This document shows positions 24,531-37,974 of a stretch of DNA of 64,000 bases, piece after piece. The position numbers and the translations under genes were made by a program. The stretch's first letter is position 1, and the number at the start of each line of letters is the position of its first letter. Below the pieces are notes generated by a model. That model worked only from the letters and a program-made list of their open reading frames with translations, had not been told where the DNA came from and ran no database searches. This DNA comes from Octopus sinensis (lineage: Eukaryota), in contig NC_043007.1 of NCBI RefSeq assembly GCF_006345805.1, positions 4,898,001 through 4,962,000 of the forward strand, read 5' to 3'.

Positions 24531-25789
24531 ACTTGCAAATAATTCTAAGTTCTTCAATACAACAGCTGCTCTGCATGAAGGGATGGCTGGCACCTGTGCC
24601 AGTGGCATGTATAAAAAGAATCAAGCGAGGTCATTGCCAGTACCGCTTGACTGGCCCCCATGCCGGTGGCACGTAAACAGCACCCACTATACTCTCAGCC
24701 ATCTGGTTCACCAGCCATCAGTCAAAATCGTCCAACCCATGCTAGTGTAGCAATAACCATTTCAGCCATTTTGAAATGTGGCGCGAATTGGCAATATGAC
24801 GTAATGTCTTTGCCAAAGAATTATCATTTTCGTTTTTTTCCATTGGTTAATATAACTGCTCATATAAAGATTCTAGAAGTTTCGAAAAGAATATCTGTCA
24901 TGGATTTCGATTCTTTTTAGCAGTTATAAAAACCCTGGATTTTGGAAGATATATCAGTGTTCGTTTGGTAGTCACTCAACTCCACGTCACTCACTCTTTT
25001 GGAGACATCGGTAATTTTTATGCCATGTCCAAGTTAAGCACAAATCTATTTTGATTTGTTGGTTAACTTATTAGATAGAAAGAAGAAATTAGCTAAGGAA
25101 TTTAAAGTTGTTTTTCTTCATGACGAAAGTATCTTTCTTACTGTAAATAAATATAAAATGTTATATTTATATAATAAAAATAATCAAAAAGAAATGTTTG
25201 TCTTCACGTTTGTTTCTCAACTGAGCTTAGATAAATATGCATTTCTGTAATCTTTGTTTTATGTTTCTTATAGCGGTTTAAAGGACACGATTAAAATATT
25301 CAACATACATGGTCGTTGATGTAGCGTTCCATGCGTATATGTCTATATGACATTATAACTGCAGTTAGGGTTTTAGATATGATGATAACACTTGAGTATA
25401 AGTGACGTTGAATCATTATATTTTCCCTTACTCAGAGGAAAGCCTAAATAACTAATATAACTTAAGAGAAAGCTTAAGGTAGAATAAACCGACAACCGCC
25501 GTACTAGCATAGAAAGCGGACGTTAAACGATGGTAATGATGATGATGATGATGATGATGATCCAAAATAGAGGAAATTGATGTAATATCAGTCATTGATG
25601 AAAAGAACTTAAACTCAGCCACAGGACCTGATAAATTCTCAGCAATCTTCAAAAACAAAAACATTAAAAAAATGCAAAGGAACACTCGGAAGACTATGGT
25701 AGGCCCTCTTCGAGACTTCATTCCATCAATGAAACAGTTGAGCTAATAGGAGAGACCAAAAGTTACAGAGATGTAAACATACCAAAATT

Positions 25790-26047
25790 GGTTAACAGGA
25801 AATGGGGGGGGGGACAAAGACACACAAATACATGCATATACACACACACACAGACACAAACACACACACACAAACACACACACATATATATGACAAGCTT
25901 CTTTCAGTTTCCGTCTACCAACTCTACTGACAAGGGTTTGGTCAGCCCAAGGACACTTGCCCACTTCAGTCCTATGCAGTGGGACTGAACCCAGAACCAT
26001 GTGGTTGGTAAGCAATCTTCTTACCACACAGCCACTCCTGCGCACGT

Positions 26048-26092
<45 letters not shown>

Positions 26093-26275
26093 TATATATG
26101 ACAAGCTTCTTTCAGTTTCCGTCTACCAACTCTACTGACAAGGGTTTGGTCAGCCCAAGGACACTTGCCCACTTCAGTCCCATGCAGTGGGACTGAACCC
26201 AGAACCATGTGGTTGGTAAGCAATCTTCTTACCACACAGCCACTCCTGCGCACGTGCACACACACACACACACAT

Positions 26276-26306
<31 letters not shown>

Positions 26307-26400
26307 CACAAACACACATATATACGACAAGCTTCTTTCAGTTTCCGTCTACCAAATCCACTCACAAAGCTTTGGTCAGCCCAAGGGCCATAGCAGAAAC
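25790..26400 (-). repeat. Tandem triplication of a SINE-A 5' half via (CA)n junctions
   Basis: GACAAGCTTCTTTCAGTTTCC at 25892, 26100 and 26326 (periods 208 and 226). Confidence 0.85.
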
Positions 26401-26744
26401 TTGCAGCAGGACTGAGAATGTTGTAACTAGGTCACGTCTCTTTTTCATCTCATGCATATTCTTTGCGCATAAAGTTTTAAGTCATCAAGTTTACAACTTT
26501 TATGTATGTGTGTGTATGTATGAGTGTATGTATGTATATAAAATGTATTGTTCCATTATTGGTGGGTTAATTAAGAAGAATATTCCATCCAGCAAAAGAT
26601 GAATATCAATTAATATACACAGGACTTAAAGTTGAGCCATCTGTATCTGAGTCTGAAAGCTTACTTGGAAACACGAGGCAAGCTATATAAGGTTACTCAA
26701 CAATTGTGTTTTCACAGTATGGTACTAATAGGAGCCCAAATTTA

Positions 26745-27002
26745 TATTGCACGACTGGCTTCTGTGCCGGTGGCACGTAAAAATCACCAACCGATCGTGG
26801 CCGCTGCCAGCCTCCCCCTGGCACATAAAAAGCACCCACTTACACTCATGGAGTGGTTGGTGTTAGGAAGGGCATCCAGCTGTAGAAACACTGCCAGATC
26901 AGACTGGAGCCTGGTGCAGCCCCCTGGCTTCCCAGACCCCAGTCGAACCGTCCAACCCATGCTAGCACAAAAAAACGGATGTTAAACGATGATGATGATG
27001 AT
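26745..27002 (+). mobile_element. Family D retroposon 3' part (RTE-type tail)
   Basis: Ends CCGTCCAACCCATGCTAGCA...GTTAAACGATGATGATG. Confidence 0.75.
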
Positions 27003-27794
27003 GTGTGTGTGTATGTGTAAAGTAAATGCAAATAGTGACAGCTGTTTTGATAGTTTTAATTAATACAGTTATAAAAGATTACATCATAATATACAATACA
27101 CCATAATTAGATAAAATTTTTAACATGGACTCGGGCATAACTGACATTTGCTGGGCTAGTGATGCATTTCAAAAAGTACATTTGAATACCAAGGAGAACT
27201 AGGCGTGGCTTAAAACATGCAAGAAACAAAAGCATCATATAAATATACAATCCAAATTCACTTATCTAAATTAGTTTATGGTTTTACAATGAGACTGAAA
27301 CTATAAGAAATCAATAGATATCAGCAGTTGTAATTAAAAATTAATTAAGACCTTAACGGATTTATTCTCTGTCAAAGAGGACATGTCAAGGAATTCACCA
27401 ACCTACACCATCAAACATAGAACAATCACCAACCTACATCCATTCTTATCCATACACATATACAAATATGCATACACACACACACACACACACAGACAGA
27501 CAGACTGACTTTCTTTCTTACTTACTTATTTATATATCACAGTAATATAAGAATATAAACTGCTGCACCTTTTAATTATATATTTAAAAAAAAAGGAAAA
27601 CTACATAAAAATACAAAATACATCATAAAGAAAGAAAGCATTTTGGGTTACGTAACCACACACTGGTAAGAAATGGTTAGGTTCGGTTAGAGTACTCACA
27701 TGTCAACCCGAATTATAATAAGATGGACCATTCTCATCAATATGAATGGTTATTTGTTTTTAATTGATATAATCTATTTAATATTATCTCCATT

Positions 27795-28777
27795 CTAATT
27801 ATAAATCACTTGATAAAGTTGCCTCATTAATTTTCCTGTTTCACTTTTTAGATTTTCAAAATCACATATTGCTACAATGGTAGGAGATTTCTGATATTTC
27901 CCAGATGCATAATGTTTCAAAACTCCGGTGAAAATATATTGATGTTCATGGTTAATTATATTAATATTTAGCATTTCTGCCAATACACCAATCCAAACAT
28001 CAGTCGGCATGTAATAAGCATTCTGCAAAGCTGCCAGATAGAGTTTATTAATTACATTAATAGGTGCTATATAACCAAAGCCATGGCAATACGGAGGATA
28101 GAAATCTCCTCTATACAATATTTCCTCATCTAAGTAAGTAAACTGTTTTATATGTTTGTGTAAAGCCGGTGAGTCCCCGATACGATAACAAAGAGCAAAA
28201 TGATCATCATATTTGCCTTTAGATAAATCATGGCCAAGCCATGACACAATCCGGTTCAGATCGATGAAAGCTTCATCATTCATTACTGCAACATACTCAG
28301 CATTAGCACAGAATTCCACACTATATTTCCATGCCATGATTGCTTTTATAGAAACATTAACATAAGATTCCTTGAAATCTTCCAGGAGGATATCATGATA
28401 CATTTCACTCTCCTTTTGAATAAGGGATTCAATTGTAGAATTATTTGGTTTACCGAAAAGAAAAAGGTGTTTAATGGGGACACCTTTTGCACAAGAATCT
28501 TCTGGAATATTTGAGAAAATATTCCTTAATACTTCTCGACGGTCAAAATGGTCATATATAGTACGAACAGCATAAAGAAGAAATACTTTTTCATGTTGAG
28601 AGCAGAGAGTAGGTTCATTAATAACTTTTTTAAAACTATGTTGATATGGTACATGGTGATGATAATACCATGGATCCACCTTCGATCCACTTGGTTGTGG
28701 TCGAAAAACAATTTTCATATTTTCTAATGCCTTTGCTCTTTTATCAAAATAAGTCTGTTTTCCAAATGAAAATATAC
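27795..28777 (-). CDS. GT31 beta-1,3-galactosyl/GlcNAc-transferase-like, catalytic-domain exon
   Basis: Acceptor TTTTCTCTTGCAG|GT at 28778-28780, open frame to the stop at 27795. Motifs HLFLFG, IQKESEMYHDILLEDFKESY.N, YPPYCHGFGY and PTDVWIG match the Galactosyl_T/GT31 family. Confidence 0.92.
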
Positions 28778-30419
28778 CTGCAAGAGAAAATAAATGGCAT
28801 TATCAATTAATGGAAGGCAAAGTTGTAAATAATAATTTTCCGTTTCGTTAAATTTCTATATTTTACTGAATGTATTCTAAGATGAAACTCTATAATTTTA
28901 TTTTGACTTTTATATTACACTATTTGCAGCGTGGAAGGTGTTTATAAGCCATTTAAGAATCACACAAAAACCGTTAGATTCACATCAACATTTGAATTTA
29001 ATTTGTCAAAATATTTTCGTCGCTTGTTTTCATTCCAGCACACGATCTCAGATCAAGTCACTCGCTATGCAAGTACATCTCCGTAATTATACTATTTGTT
29101 TTTATGATAATAATGCATCACAAGAGGTTTTGAGAGAATCTCTTAAAAATAACTTTGATAGTGAGTTGTTACTAACAGATACAGATGGATAGCTATAGAA
29201 ACTATATTGCATGTAAAAACTCTTTTACAGGCCTCAATTTTTGGAGTAGAGTACATTGGATGCTGTACTCTGAAGGGCACAGCATTCATTAGTTTTAGTC
29301 ACTGATATCAACCAAAAACAGCTACTTCATTTTAAATGGCAAATAGTTTATTGTCTGTTCCAGAATAATCATTGCTTAAGATGTGAGAGATAGAATTGCA
29401 TCTCCTTAGAGAAATGGTCTAGAAATTTTCTCTTCTGAGAGATTTCCAACAGATTTGGGCTTCAGAATTATAAAAGAATGGGTCTCTGCTAGGAAAACAT
29501 TTTCGTTTGACAATTATGTTATGTAGAGTTAGGAGACTGATCCAGATACTGTGACACTAACCTCTCTACTAAAGACAACCAGAACAAAATGCTTGTGCTA
29601 AATATGGCAGAACATTAACTGTACCATATACAAAGAAAAAAGAAGAGAAAAATTGTGATAAATTTTATGAGATGTTTATGACAAATGACAAACATATTAA
29701 AGTCTTACTAGGCATAAAACTGTTGCTGGCAGAATTATTTTGAAGATACCATGCTTCTAAGTTGCATTCCTTTGATGGAGCTTTGAAAGTTTCAGTTTCT
29801 ATGTAGAAGAAACCTGTTGATGAGAGATGGCATTAACATATAAGCAGTAATGTAATATTGGGAAACAGGAATTTTTTTAAAGTGAAAAGAAGAGAAAAAA
29901 GCAGTAAGAGGAAGAAGAGGAAAGTATAAAGAGAAATTGGGGAACAATTTAGCATTTCATTAGAGACAAATTTGAAAGGAAACTGTATTTTCTCATCAAC
30001 AAATGAACAGAGATGTAGCGAAAGAGAGAAAGAAAGGATACTAAATGAGTTATGTAAAAGTAAAACAGTTTCTCAGTCAAGTAAGGAAAAAAACTGCTGA
30101 AGATGGAATGCCAGAATGGCATTTTCTATTTTTGAATGAAACTGAAGACTGGAAAACAAAAACAAACCAAAGTCTTTTGAGATTTAAGCAAATTGAAAAC
30201 TTTGTCAACCACACTGTACAAGGTGAGAAGGTGACAAGAAAGCTTAGAGACAGCTTAGGGACTGCTGTGTTGCCAGTTGAATTGCTTAGATTTTACCCAT
30301 TGAGTGAAGACAACTGGTTGTATCATGAAAGCATTCCATGTGTTGGGCTTTCTAGCTGATCTGTGGTTTGGCATGGATCTTCATGGATGAGCATGTTCAA
30401 TCAATTCTCATTGAACTGA

Positions 30420-33400
30420 ACTCTAGAAATATGCCGACTTCTCCAGACTAAATCGGTAACTGGTTTATATCTCCAACAATTAATAAGAGAAACACCTTTT
30501 ACTCGCCATTGTAGCGCTGTCCTCAACAGATTTTGAAATATACATCTACACCACATGGAATCTCACCGGCAGAATTATGGCCGAAACTAGCAGAACCACA
30601 GAGGAAACTAACAATGTCACCACCGATGAAAACAGAACTACTTTCACCAGTAAGTTATCAAAGAAGACGTACGTACTCTTCTTATTTTACTTGGACTAAA
30701 GAACTAAAGCAAGATTTACTTTGGTGCCATGAAAAAGCCTGAGATGACCTTTCCATCGGATACATGAAGCAGGTAAAACAATACTGGGACTAAGCCCCAT
30801 CCCAACTTAAATACCTATGGTGAACCCTGGCGGTCAAGCAGGAAAGCAAAACGAAAAAGGGATTTAACGAGAGTAATCTCCCTCGACCTTCTTGAACATT
30901 GTAGAAGTTTCCAATTAACTTCTGGATGATGTGGAGGTCGGGGACTTCTGGTTCATCCCTTATATAAAGCAAAGCATTTCTAACTTCGTGTCCCTCTTGT
31001 CCGTTGATTCTTCGACATGCATTTAGTCAGGCCACTTGCACACGCGTATGTTCACCTTATTTTACTTGGAGCCATGTGGTTGCAAAAAGAATAAGTTCCT
31101 GTGATGTTACAAGCTTTTTCTTCAATTAACCTTATATGTTAACGCATTACAAACGTCTCGTAAATTCTTAATTTCTTGTCGTTACGTTCAAGATGATGAC
31201 CCCTCTTTCTCGTGTGCTTATTAAATTATAGAATGCCACTTAATCGACGTCACCATATACCTTCATGGCGAAACAGCTCTGACAACAAGCATCCTTTGTA
31301 AAGAAAAAAAAAAGAAGTCAAATTGTTCTAGATCCTTACAAAACACTGAAAATGTGTCAGAATCTGCCATCGCTATATTCAAGTGGGTCTTCGAATTTAG
31401 CTGACTCAGTAGCGAAGATGTGGAATACATCCAACTCAAAAACATTTTAAAATTACAATTCGCAAAAACATGTAAACGAACTTTGTGTGAATATATCTTC
31501 TCTTGTACTTTCGGGGTACAAGAAAGCAATCACTAGCCGTTGCTTTCATAATCCAGAATTCTACCAGTCAGAAACAACAAGACGCAGACGTAAAAGATAT
31601 ATATACTACTTTATTCTCTAATGTGGTAACAGTAACAATAAGTGGTTATCTGATGTCCTTTTGATTCTGGGCGCGCAAGGCTGAAAGTTAATCGATTGTA
31701 ATATTTACAATGTTCAGCCGCTAAAAAACAGAACGGGTTAAAGATGGCGTCCGGAGGAAGAAGATGATGTTGGTCTGCAACAATTTGGTTAAAGGCCTGT
31801 TGGTAAGGTGCTGCTAGAATCAAGTCCGGACGGAGAGAAAATATGCGTGACCGTCGCCTTCAGTCGCTGCTGTCTCAAGTCCCCGCTGACTGCTGCTAGT
31901 GGTCAAACGTTCTACGACCCCTTTGCCTCGCTAACTGCTACGTAGGCAATAGGGTTCTTCTTCCGGTGCTTCGCGCATGCGCGAGAGGGCCCTTCCTTTC
32001 TGTGCCTTGGTGAAGGCACCAACACTCGCACGCGCGAAATAGAAAATGGACGGTGCGCGCGCGCGCACCGTTATAGGATCACTACAAACATTTGCTACTT
32101 TCTCGAAGCTTTCGTTCAGCAACAGACTATTCCCAACACTAGTGAGAAGATATCCGACCGATCTAATGTTTAAGGTTATCGACGATGTTGCCGGAGAGCA
32201 CATGGAATCATGGGATGTTAATTACTGGAATATAAATACTCTTGTATACACAGCCGCTATTACTCTTAAAGAACACCTAGCAGAAATCTACATTGACCAA
32301 AGTAGTTAAATTAGTAAACGGAAACAACGTAGATGGAAACCAAAACTTGAAGAAAACACCAACAACGAGCGCCGGATTATTGGATGGTTAACTACAACAA
32401 TAAAATGTAAGGAGGAAAATGAGTTCACACCTCACCAACTCTACCTTACACAAAAATTAATTAAGCTTTATGGCAACTCTTCACACCGAGCTCTCGAGGG
32501 AAAGCTAATCACTTTAAAACACAAACTCAGGACGATGAGCGAGAAACTCTGCTATCGCCAGCGAATTTTTGAGCGAGCCCATATCAATCGTATGTTTGCT
32601 TCCAACCCACAAGCATTATACAGAGAGATGAGGAAGTTAAAATATTACCGTTAAGAAAGCTCCCTCCCAAGAAGATCTACAATCATTCTGGTCAAAAATT
32701 TGGAACGAAAAGAGGGATTTGAACCTGAATGCAACATGGTTAAATACAACTGAGAGAGAATACTGTACCAACACTAACAATGACGCAGAAACCTTCGCTA
32801 TAGCAGTAGACAGAATGGGAAGGCACCTGGAAAGGACCTAATAGTTGGATATTGGTAGAGAGACACCTAAAAAGGCAACAACGGCACCAACAGTGGAGGC
32901 GCAATGACCCAGTGGTTAGGGCAGCGGACTCGCGGTCGGAGGATCGCAGTTTCGATTCCCAGACCGTGTGTGTTTATTGAGCGAAAACACCTAAAAACTC
33001 CATGAGGCTCCGGCAGGTGGGTGGGGGCGACCCCTGTTGTACTCTTTCGCTCCAACTTTCTCTCACTCTTTCTTCCTGTTTCTTGTCCCCGAATTCCTAC
33101 GCAACCGCTGAGCCTGGATGCGCATTGATCCATCCGTCGATGCTCTCGGTGTCGGGGGTTCACCTGCTTTCTCTTCTGTGGGTCTTACGAATAGTAAAGG
33201 GCCACGTTTCGGACTTCTCCCATCTTGCGAGCTCTGGGACGAAGACCGTTCACTCACCAGCATCAGCACCAACACTAGCTCTGCCAACGATGATATTTCC
33301 TGCACCAGCATCAACGACATTGACACCAACATCAACAGTAGCAGCATTGTCAGCGACAATGTTCGATGACACATCGAATATTCCGGGAACACCTTTAAGC

Positions 33401-33824
33401 AAAGGCCTCTCCAACTCAAGTTCCTCGTTCAGGACCCTGGAGAGACGACATGTCACACCTTTGGCCAGCTACATGTTGCGCCTGAAGGAGAAAGGGACTC
33501 CACACGTAACCTCATAGAAGATCCTAGAAAAACTGGGCCCCTACAGCTGTGCATAGCCGAACCGGCGAGGATATTAAAGAAGTCCCTTGACTCAGTGAAC
33601 ACTGCTTACACTTCGAGATTCCAACTGAAGTCCTGGGACCCGCAGGCTAAACAGGTGGGCTCTCCTTTGTCAGTGTGTTCAACAACTAGCCATGAGGTCT
33701 TTTGTTCCACCACTTTGAAGATAGGTCAGAGGCCCCCGGCCATTAGGGTCTGACGAAACGCTGTAAGCGCTTTACGGACGCGAAACCTGGGGTAACCCCA
33801 TAGACCGACCATAGCTATCTTTAG

Positions 33825-33830
<6 letters not shown>
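30420..33830 (+). mobile_element. Internally deleted R4/Dong-like LINE relic, antisense in the glycosyltransferase intron
   Basis: Degraded segments YFTWTKELKQDLLWCHEKA..GYMKQVKQYW, NINTLVYTAAIT, HINRMFASNPQALYREM, PSQEDLQSFWSKIWNE, GKAPGKDLIVGYW and ARILKKSL; ends in (CA)n; interrupted by a SINE. Confidence 0.6.
32894..33250 (+). mobile_element. tRNA-Arg-like SINE (family C) nested in the LINE relic
   Basis: Head GGAGGCGCAATGACCCAGTGGTTAGGGCAGCGGACTCGCGGTCGGAGGATCGCAGTTTCGATTCCC; second copy at 15085-15485. Confidence 0.82.
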
Positions 33831-33862
<32 letters not shown>

Positions 33863-33875
33863 CAAAACAACTTAC

Positions 33876-33930
33876 GAAAAAATAACCAGCAATTGAAAAT
33901 GGTCAATCCAATTAATATTGCTTGTTTCAT
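33876..33930 (-). CDS. GT31 glycosyltransferase, first coding exon (type II signal anchor)
   Basis: Acceptor TTTTGCAG at 33933-33935, ATG at 33930, MKQAILIGLTIFNCWLFF plus C, then GTAAGT donor. The phase-1 junction joins GT of the 28777 exon (CGT=Arg) in frame, giving 345 aa. Confidence 0.85.
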
Positions 33931-34997
33931 TCCTGCAAAACAATAAAATGAAGAAAGTAAGTTTAAAAAATCGAAAACGATTTCAGAGATTGAACTGTTA
34001 TTTTGTCATCATCGCACTTTATAATTATTATATGAAGAGCAGAAAAGTTAAAACTAATTGATTTTTTCCTTTGCAATAGTAGAGATACATCGTTTCAATG
34101 TGGAATCTCCTGTTACAAGACGGCAGATTTGTATGCATGTACGCATGAAACATATTCATATATGCATACATATATACATGCATACATGCATTATCCAAGG
34201 AGAACCAATTTAAAAGAGTTTTTGCCTGTAGACCGCCATGACGTGAAACTCAAGTTGCAAGATAATGGTGATGGTGACTTTGAAGTTCAGGCCTTCTAGC
34301 CTTCATCAAGCTATGATTTGTGTTCATCTTCGGCTCATATACTCTCTATTTTGTTTTTTCCAGGGTAAGTGGAGCTATGGTTGAATGATAATTAGTTTTT
34401 CGTTTTAGTTCTGATGGAAAGATATTATAGAAGGATTTTGTTGTTTAAAGTTGGAGTTGTATTACTGTTCAGAGCTTAGTTATGCGTGGAAGACTTTGTA
34501 ATCAGGTATGTGATCATATATGCACCAAATCACACGTGTGCGTATTCTTACATCTTCGTGGATACTTGTATGAGCGAGTGTACATGCGAGGGCGCTTATA
34601 CATCCACATCTATATCTGTTAATGGTTATGTTTAATACTTTTCTCGCTGTATTGCGTGTTCGTTTCTTTTTTTTTTTTTTGCATATTATATTATATTATT
34701 GATTTTCTATATAAATGGAGCTATATCCTTTCATTTGCTGCTTTTCTTTTCACGAAATGAGAAGATACATTGTAGAACTGTTATTTTAACTAGTTATATC
34801 TATTTGTCACCCGAGGAGACACATATGCACTGTTGGATGCTCCTGAACCAGTTAAGTATCCACCCGTAAGGGATCGATAATAGATGAGTCGAAACAATTG
34901 TAGTAATTAATAAAAATTCTCGTATCTTCCATCTTCCGTCTTTCATTCGCCAAATACAGTAATCCTTCGCCAATCACAGTTTATTATCAAAACTTAC

Positions 34998-35230
34998 TTC
35001 GATTCCTCCGCGGCGTTCTTTTGCATTTATAATAAAATACTCGATGTATGTTTTGTTTCTTCACCGGATTCGCTGCACGACTTTCTCACAACACTGGGTT
35101 TTAAAACGCCTAAAAGTTATAGACAAGCAAGACAACTCGCCTCGGATCGAATTCAGGAATGATGAATACCGATATTTCGCCATTTTTGTGGAATATCAAC
35201 ATCTTCTAAAGAACCCCATGTACGGATAGC
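34998..35230 (-). promoter_or_regulatory. Candidate non-coding first exon/promoter of the GT31 gene
   Basis: Strong minus-strand donor GAA|GTAAGT at 34997-34992 and local CpG enrichment. The coding exon begins with an acceptor, so an upstream exon is required. Confidence 0.35.
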
Positions 35231-35384
35231 AACAGTATAATGTGTTGGATGAACCCACAAGTAAGATTAGGAATATAGTCTATAGTAGATATACTGTATT
35301 ATGTATGTATGTATGTATGTATGTATGTATGTATGTATTATGTATGTATTATGTATGTATGTATGTGTGTATGTATGTATGTGT

Positions 35385-35870
35385 GTCAGGTCACTTTCGA
35401 GTGCTACTGGTAACTTGTAACCCAGTACAACCTGTTGCATGGTCGGGCTGTCAGCGACTAAACCAGCAACCCCACCAAGCTTGCTTGGTGAGGAGGGTGT
35501 TTATTGGACACCCTGCGGGATGAAAAACAAAACCCGTGAAAGGGCGGAGGAACTCTTGAGAGTCAACGGCCATCCAATAAATGTCTTAAGACTGTATCAT
35601 GCGCGGGGACATAGAAATAATCGGACTGAATACCCGATCGCGCGGTTAAACCATTGAGAGTGAAGGACTCCTAGCCTTTGTTAGGACATCCTTATAGGAG
35701 AAGGTAAGTCAGGTAACTGGGATAACTCCGACATAAAGGCTGCGGCTCAGTGGTTACCGATGATGTTGGCTTGTTCTTCTTTTCGGATTATGGCTGCTGT
35801 TGCTTAGTGAGTGGAACTGACTCAGTGCATAGCCTTTCCTCACTTTAAAAAAAATCTTCTTGCACAGGCA
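35385..35870 (+). mobile_element. RTE-type LINE 5' UTR-like remnant
   Basis: Contains CTCCTAGCCTTTGTTAGG...TAGGAGAAAGG, resembling from recall the conserved RTE 5' leader. Confidence 0.35.
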
Positions 35871-36584
35871 TTACACGATAACAATATTGATTAAGCTTCG
35901 TGCAACGGCCATACTCGATAGCGAGGGGGAAGCCACCATGTATCTGTGTATGCATGTATGAATGTGTGTGTACTTAATTTGTTTGTTCTCCCGTCTGTTT
36001 AAAAATCCGTGTTGGTTTGTTTACAACCCCGTAAGATAGTGAATCGGCAGAAGTGGTCAATAGAATAAGTACCGGAATTAAAACATAAGTACTCGGTTCT
36101 ATTTGTTATACTATGTACTTTTAAATGGAGCACCCCTTGACCGCAGTTCTATAAGCTGTTCGTAAACCGATCTATATAACCTAAATGCCATAGGATATAG
36201 AATTAAACAATAACCAGCAATTAAAACCAACACAATTACCCTACATCATAAACAGGGGATTGTAAGCAAACAATAAGGTCAAATAAATTCTTGAATAAAT
36301 ATAGGGCACGTTTACTGAATCGTGCAATTCAGTAAAGAAAAGCAAGTATTTCTTCTTTGATAGTATCTTTTGTTCTGCTCAAGTTCTCCCTACACATTGT
36401 CACAGGCACACCAATGCACACGCGCGCACTCACACACACACACGTACGCATTTGAGAGATAACACTGAGAAAATGAGATATTAGTTAATAAAATCGAGTG
36501 GTTGTATTAGACATTCCGAAACACTTAGGGACTGCATTCCTATCGTTCCAGCCCCGCAGTTCCCCCATGTCCTGTTAAACCTAT

Positions 36585-36813
36585 TTCTTTACTACCCACA
36601 AGGGGCTAAACACAGAGGGGACAAACAAGGACAGACAAACGGATTAAGTCGATTATATCGATCCCAGTGCGTAACTCGTACTTATTTAATCGATCCCCGA
36701 AAGGATGAAAAGCAAAGTCGATCTCAGCGGAATTTGAACTCAGAGCGTAACGGTAGATGAAATACGGCTACGCATTTCGCCCGGCGTGCTAACCACTCTG
36801 CCAGCTCGGCGCC
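36585..36813 (-). mobile_element. SINE family B, full-length
   Basis: Reverse complement of the array founder unit. Confidence 0.82.
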
Positions 36814-37053
36814 TTGTTAAACCGCCGAACTCATAAAAGCATGGAGAATGGACGTGAAATGACGATGATGATGATGATGACCAAAATCTAAGTAAAAGTG
36901 TTTGGCCTAGAAAAATATATGCTCTTTTAAGACATTCGAACTGCTAGAAACAGCAAGTTTTTTTCTTCCTCAAGTTTTTTCTTCCTCAAGTTTTTTCTTC
37001 CTACGTTACCTATTGGAGGATACATTCATCATCATCATCAGCGTCATCATCGT

Positions 37054-37085
<32 letters not shown>

Positions 37086-37880
37086 TCATAATCATCATCA
37101 TCCTCATTTCACGCCCGTTCTCCGTGCTATTATGGGTTAGGCTGTTTCACAGGACACGGGGAACGACAGGGTTGCGCCGATAGGAATGCACTCTCTGTTT
37201 TACAAATAATAATAATAATAATAATACGATGCTCACTTTTCCACATAGTCCAAGGTGGCTCTTTGAAAGAAATTTCGACTGCTAGAATTTTTCACACTTT
37301 CTACACTGATGATGTATCGTACGATGTTGACGAAAATCACAATCTCGTTCTCTGTAAATGAATAATTAAAAAAGGGACCATGTTATACAATTTTAAGCCA
37401 ACCGGAAAATTTCCATTGCCGACATGCCGCAAGTGGCAATTGTGTTTTCATTTGAACACTTGTTACTGCAATTGTTCAAGTGTCGACGATAAGAAAAGGA
37501 AAGAAAAAAGAAACAAAAAGAAGCAAAACTTCAATTGTTTCAGCTCCGAACAAACGCTGAGAGACGAGTCTGCTGCAGAAAGATGAATGCCACGGCACCA
37601 TTTATTTCATCAGTTAAGGCAGGCCCATGTGTTTTTTGCCTGCTGAGTGTAGGACTTGTAGGGGAAACGACCGTACGTAACGCCGCACGGTCGCTCTAAC
37701 AACAGAAGAAGAAGAAGCCATTGTACATGGTATAAAAGAATAAGTGCCGAAAAGAATAATGAGGACGACAACCGTTCTACTGTTTGAGAGAAGAAGACTT
37801 TATTTACAGATGTGTACAATAAGATAAATAATGGGTGCATCAGCATGGCCGCAGCTCTGAGCTGAAACTAGAGAAGAAAA

Positions 37881-37963
<83 letters not shown>

Positions 37964-37974
37964 TATATATATAT

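Noticed and set aside
32894-32965. Functional tRNA genes (also the heads at 2061, 13979 and 15420)
   Set aside because: tRNA-like heads run directly into SINE bodies present in several copies; acceptor stems are incomplete.
37306-37355. Hammerhead motif CUGAUGA...GAAA
   Set aside because: Stem II base and stem III do not pair adequately; probably chance.
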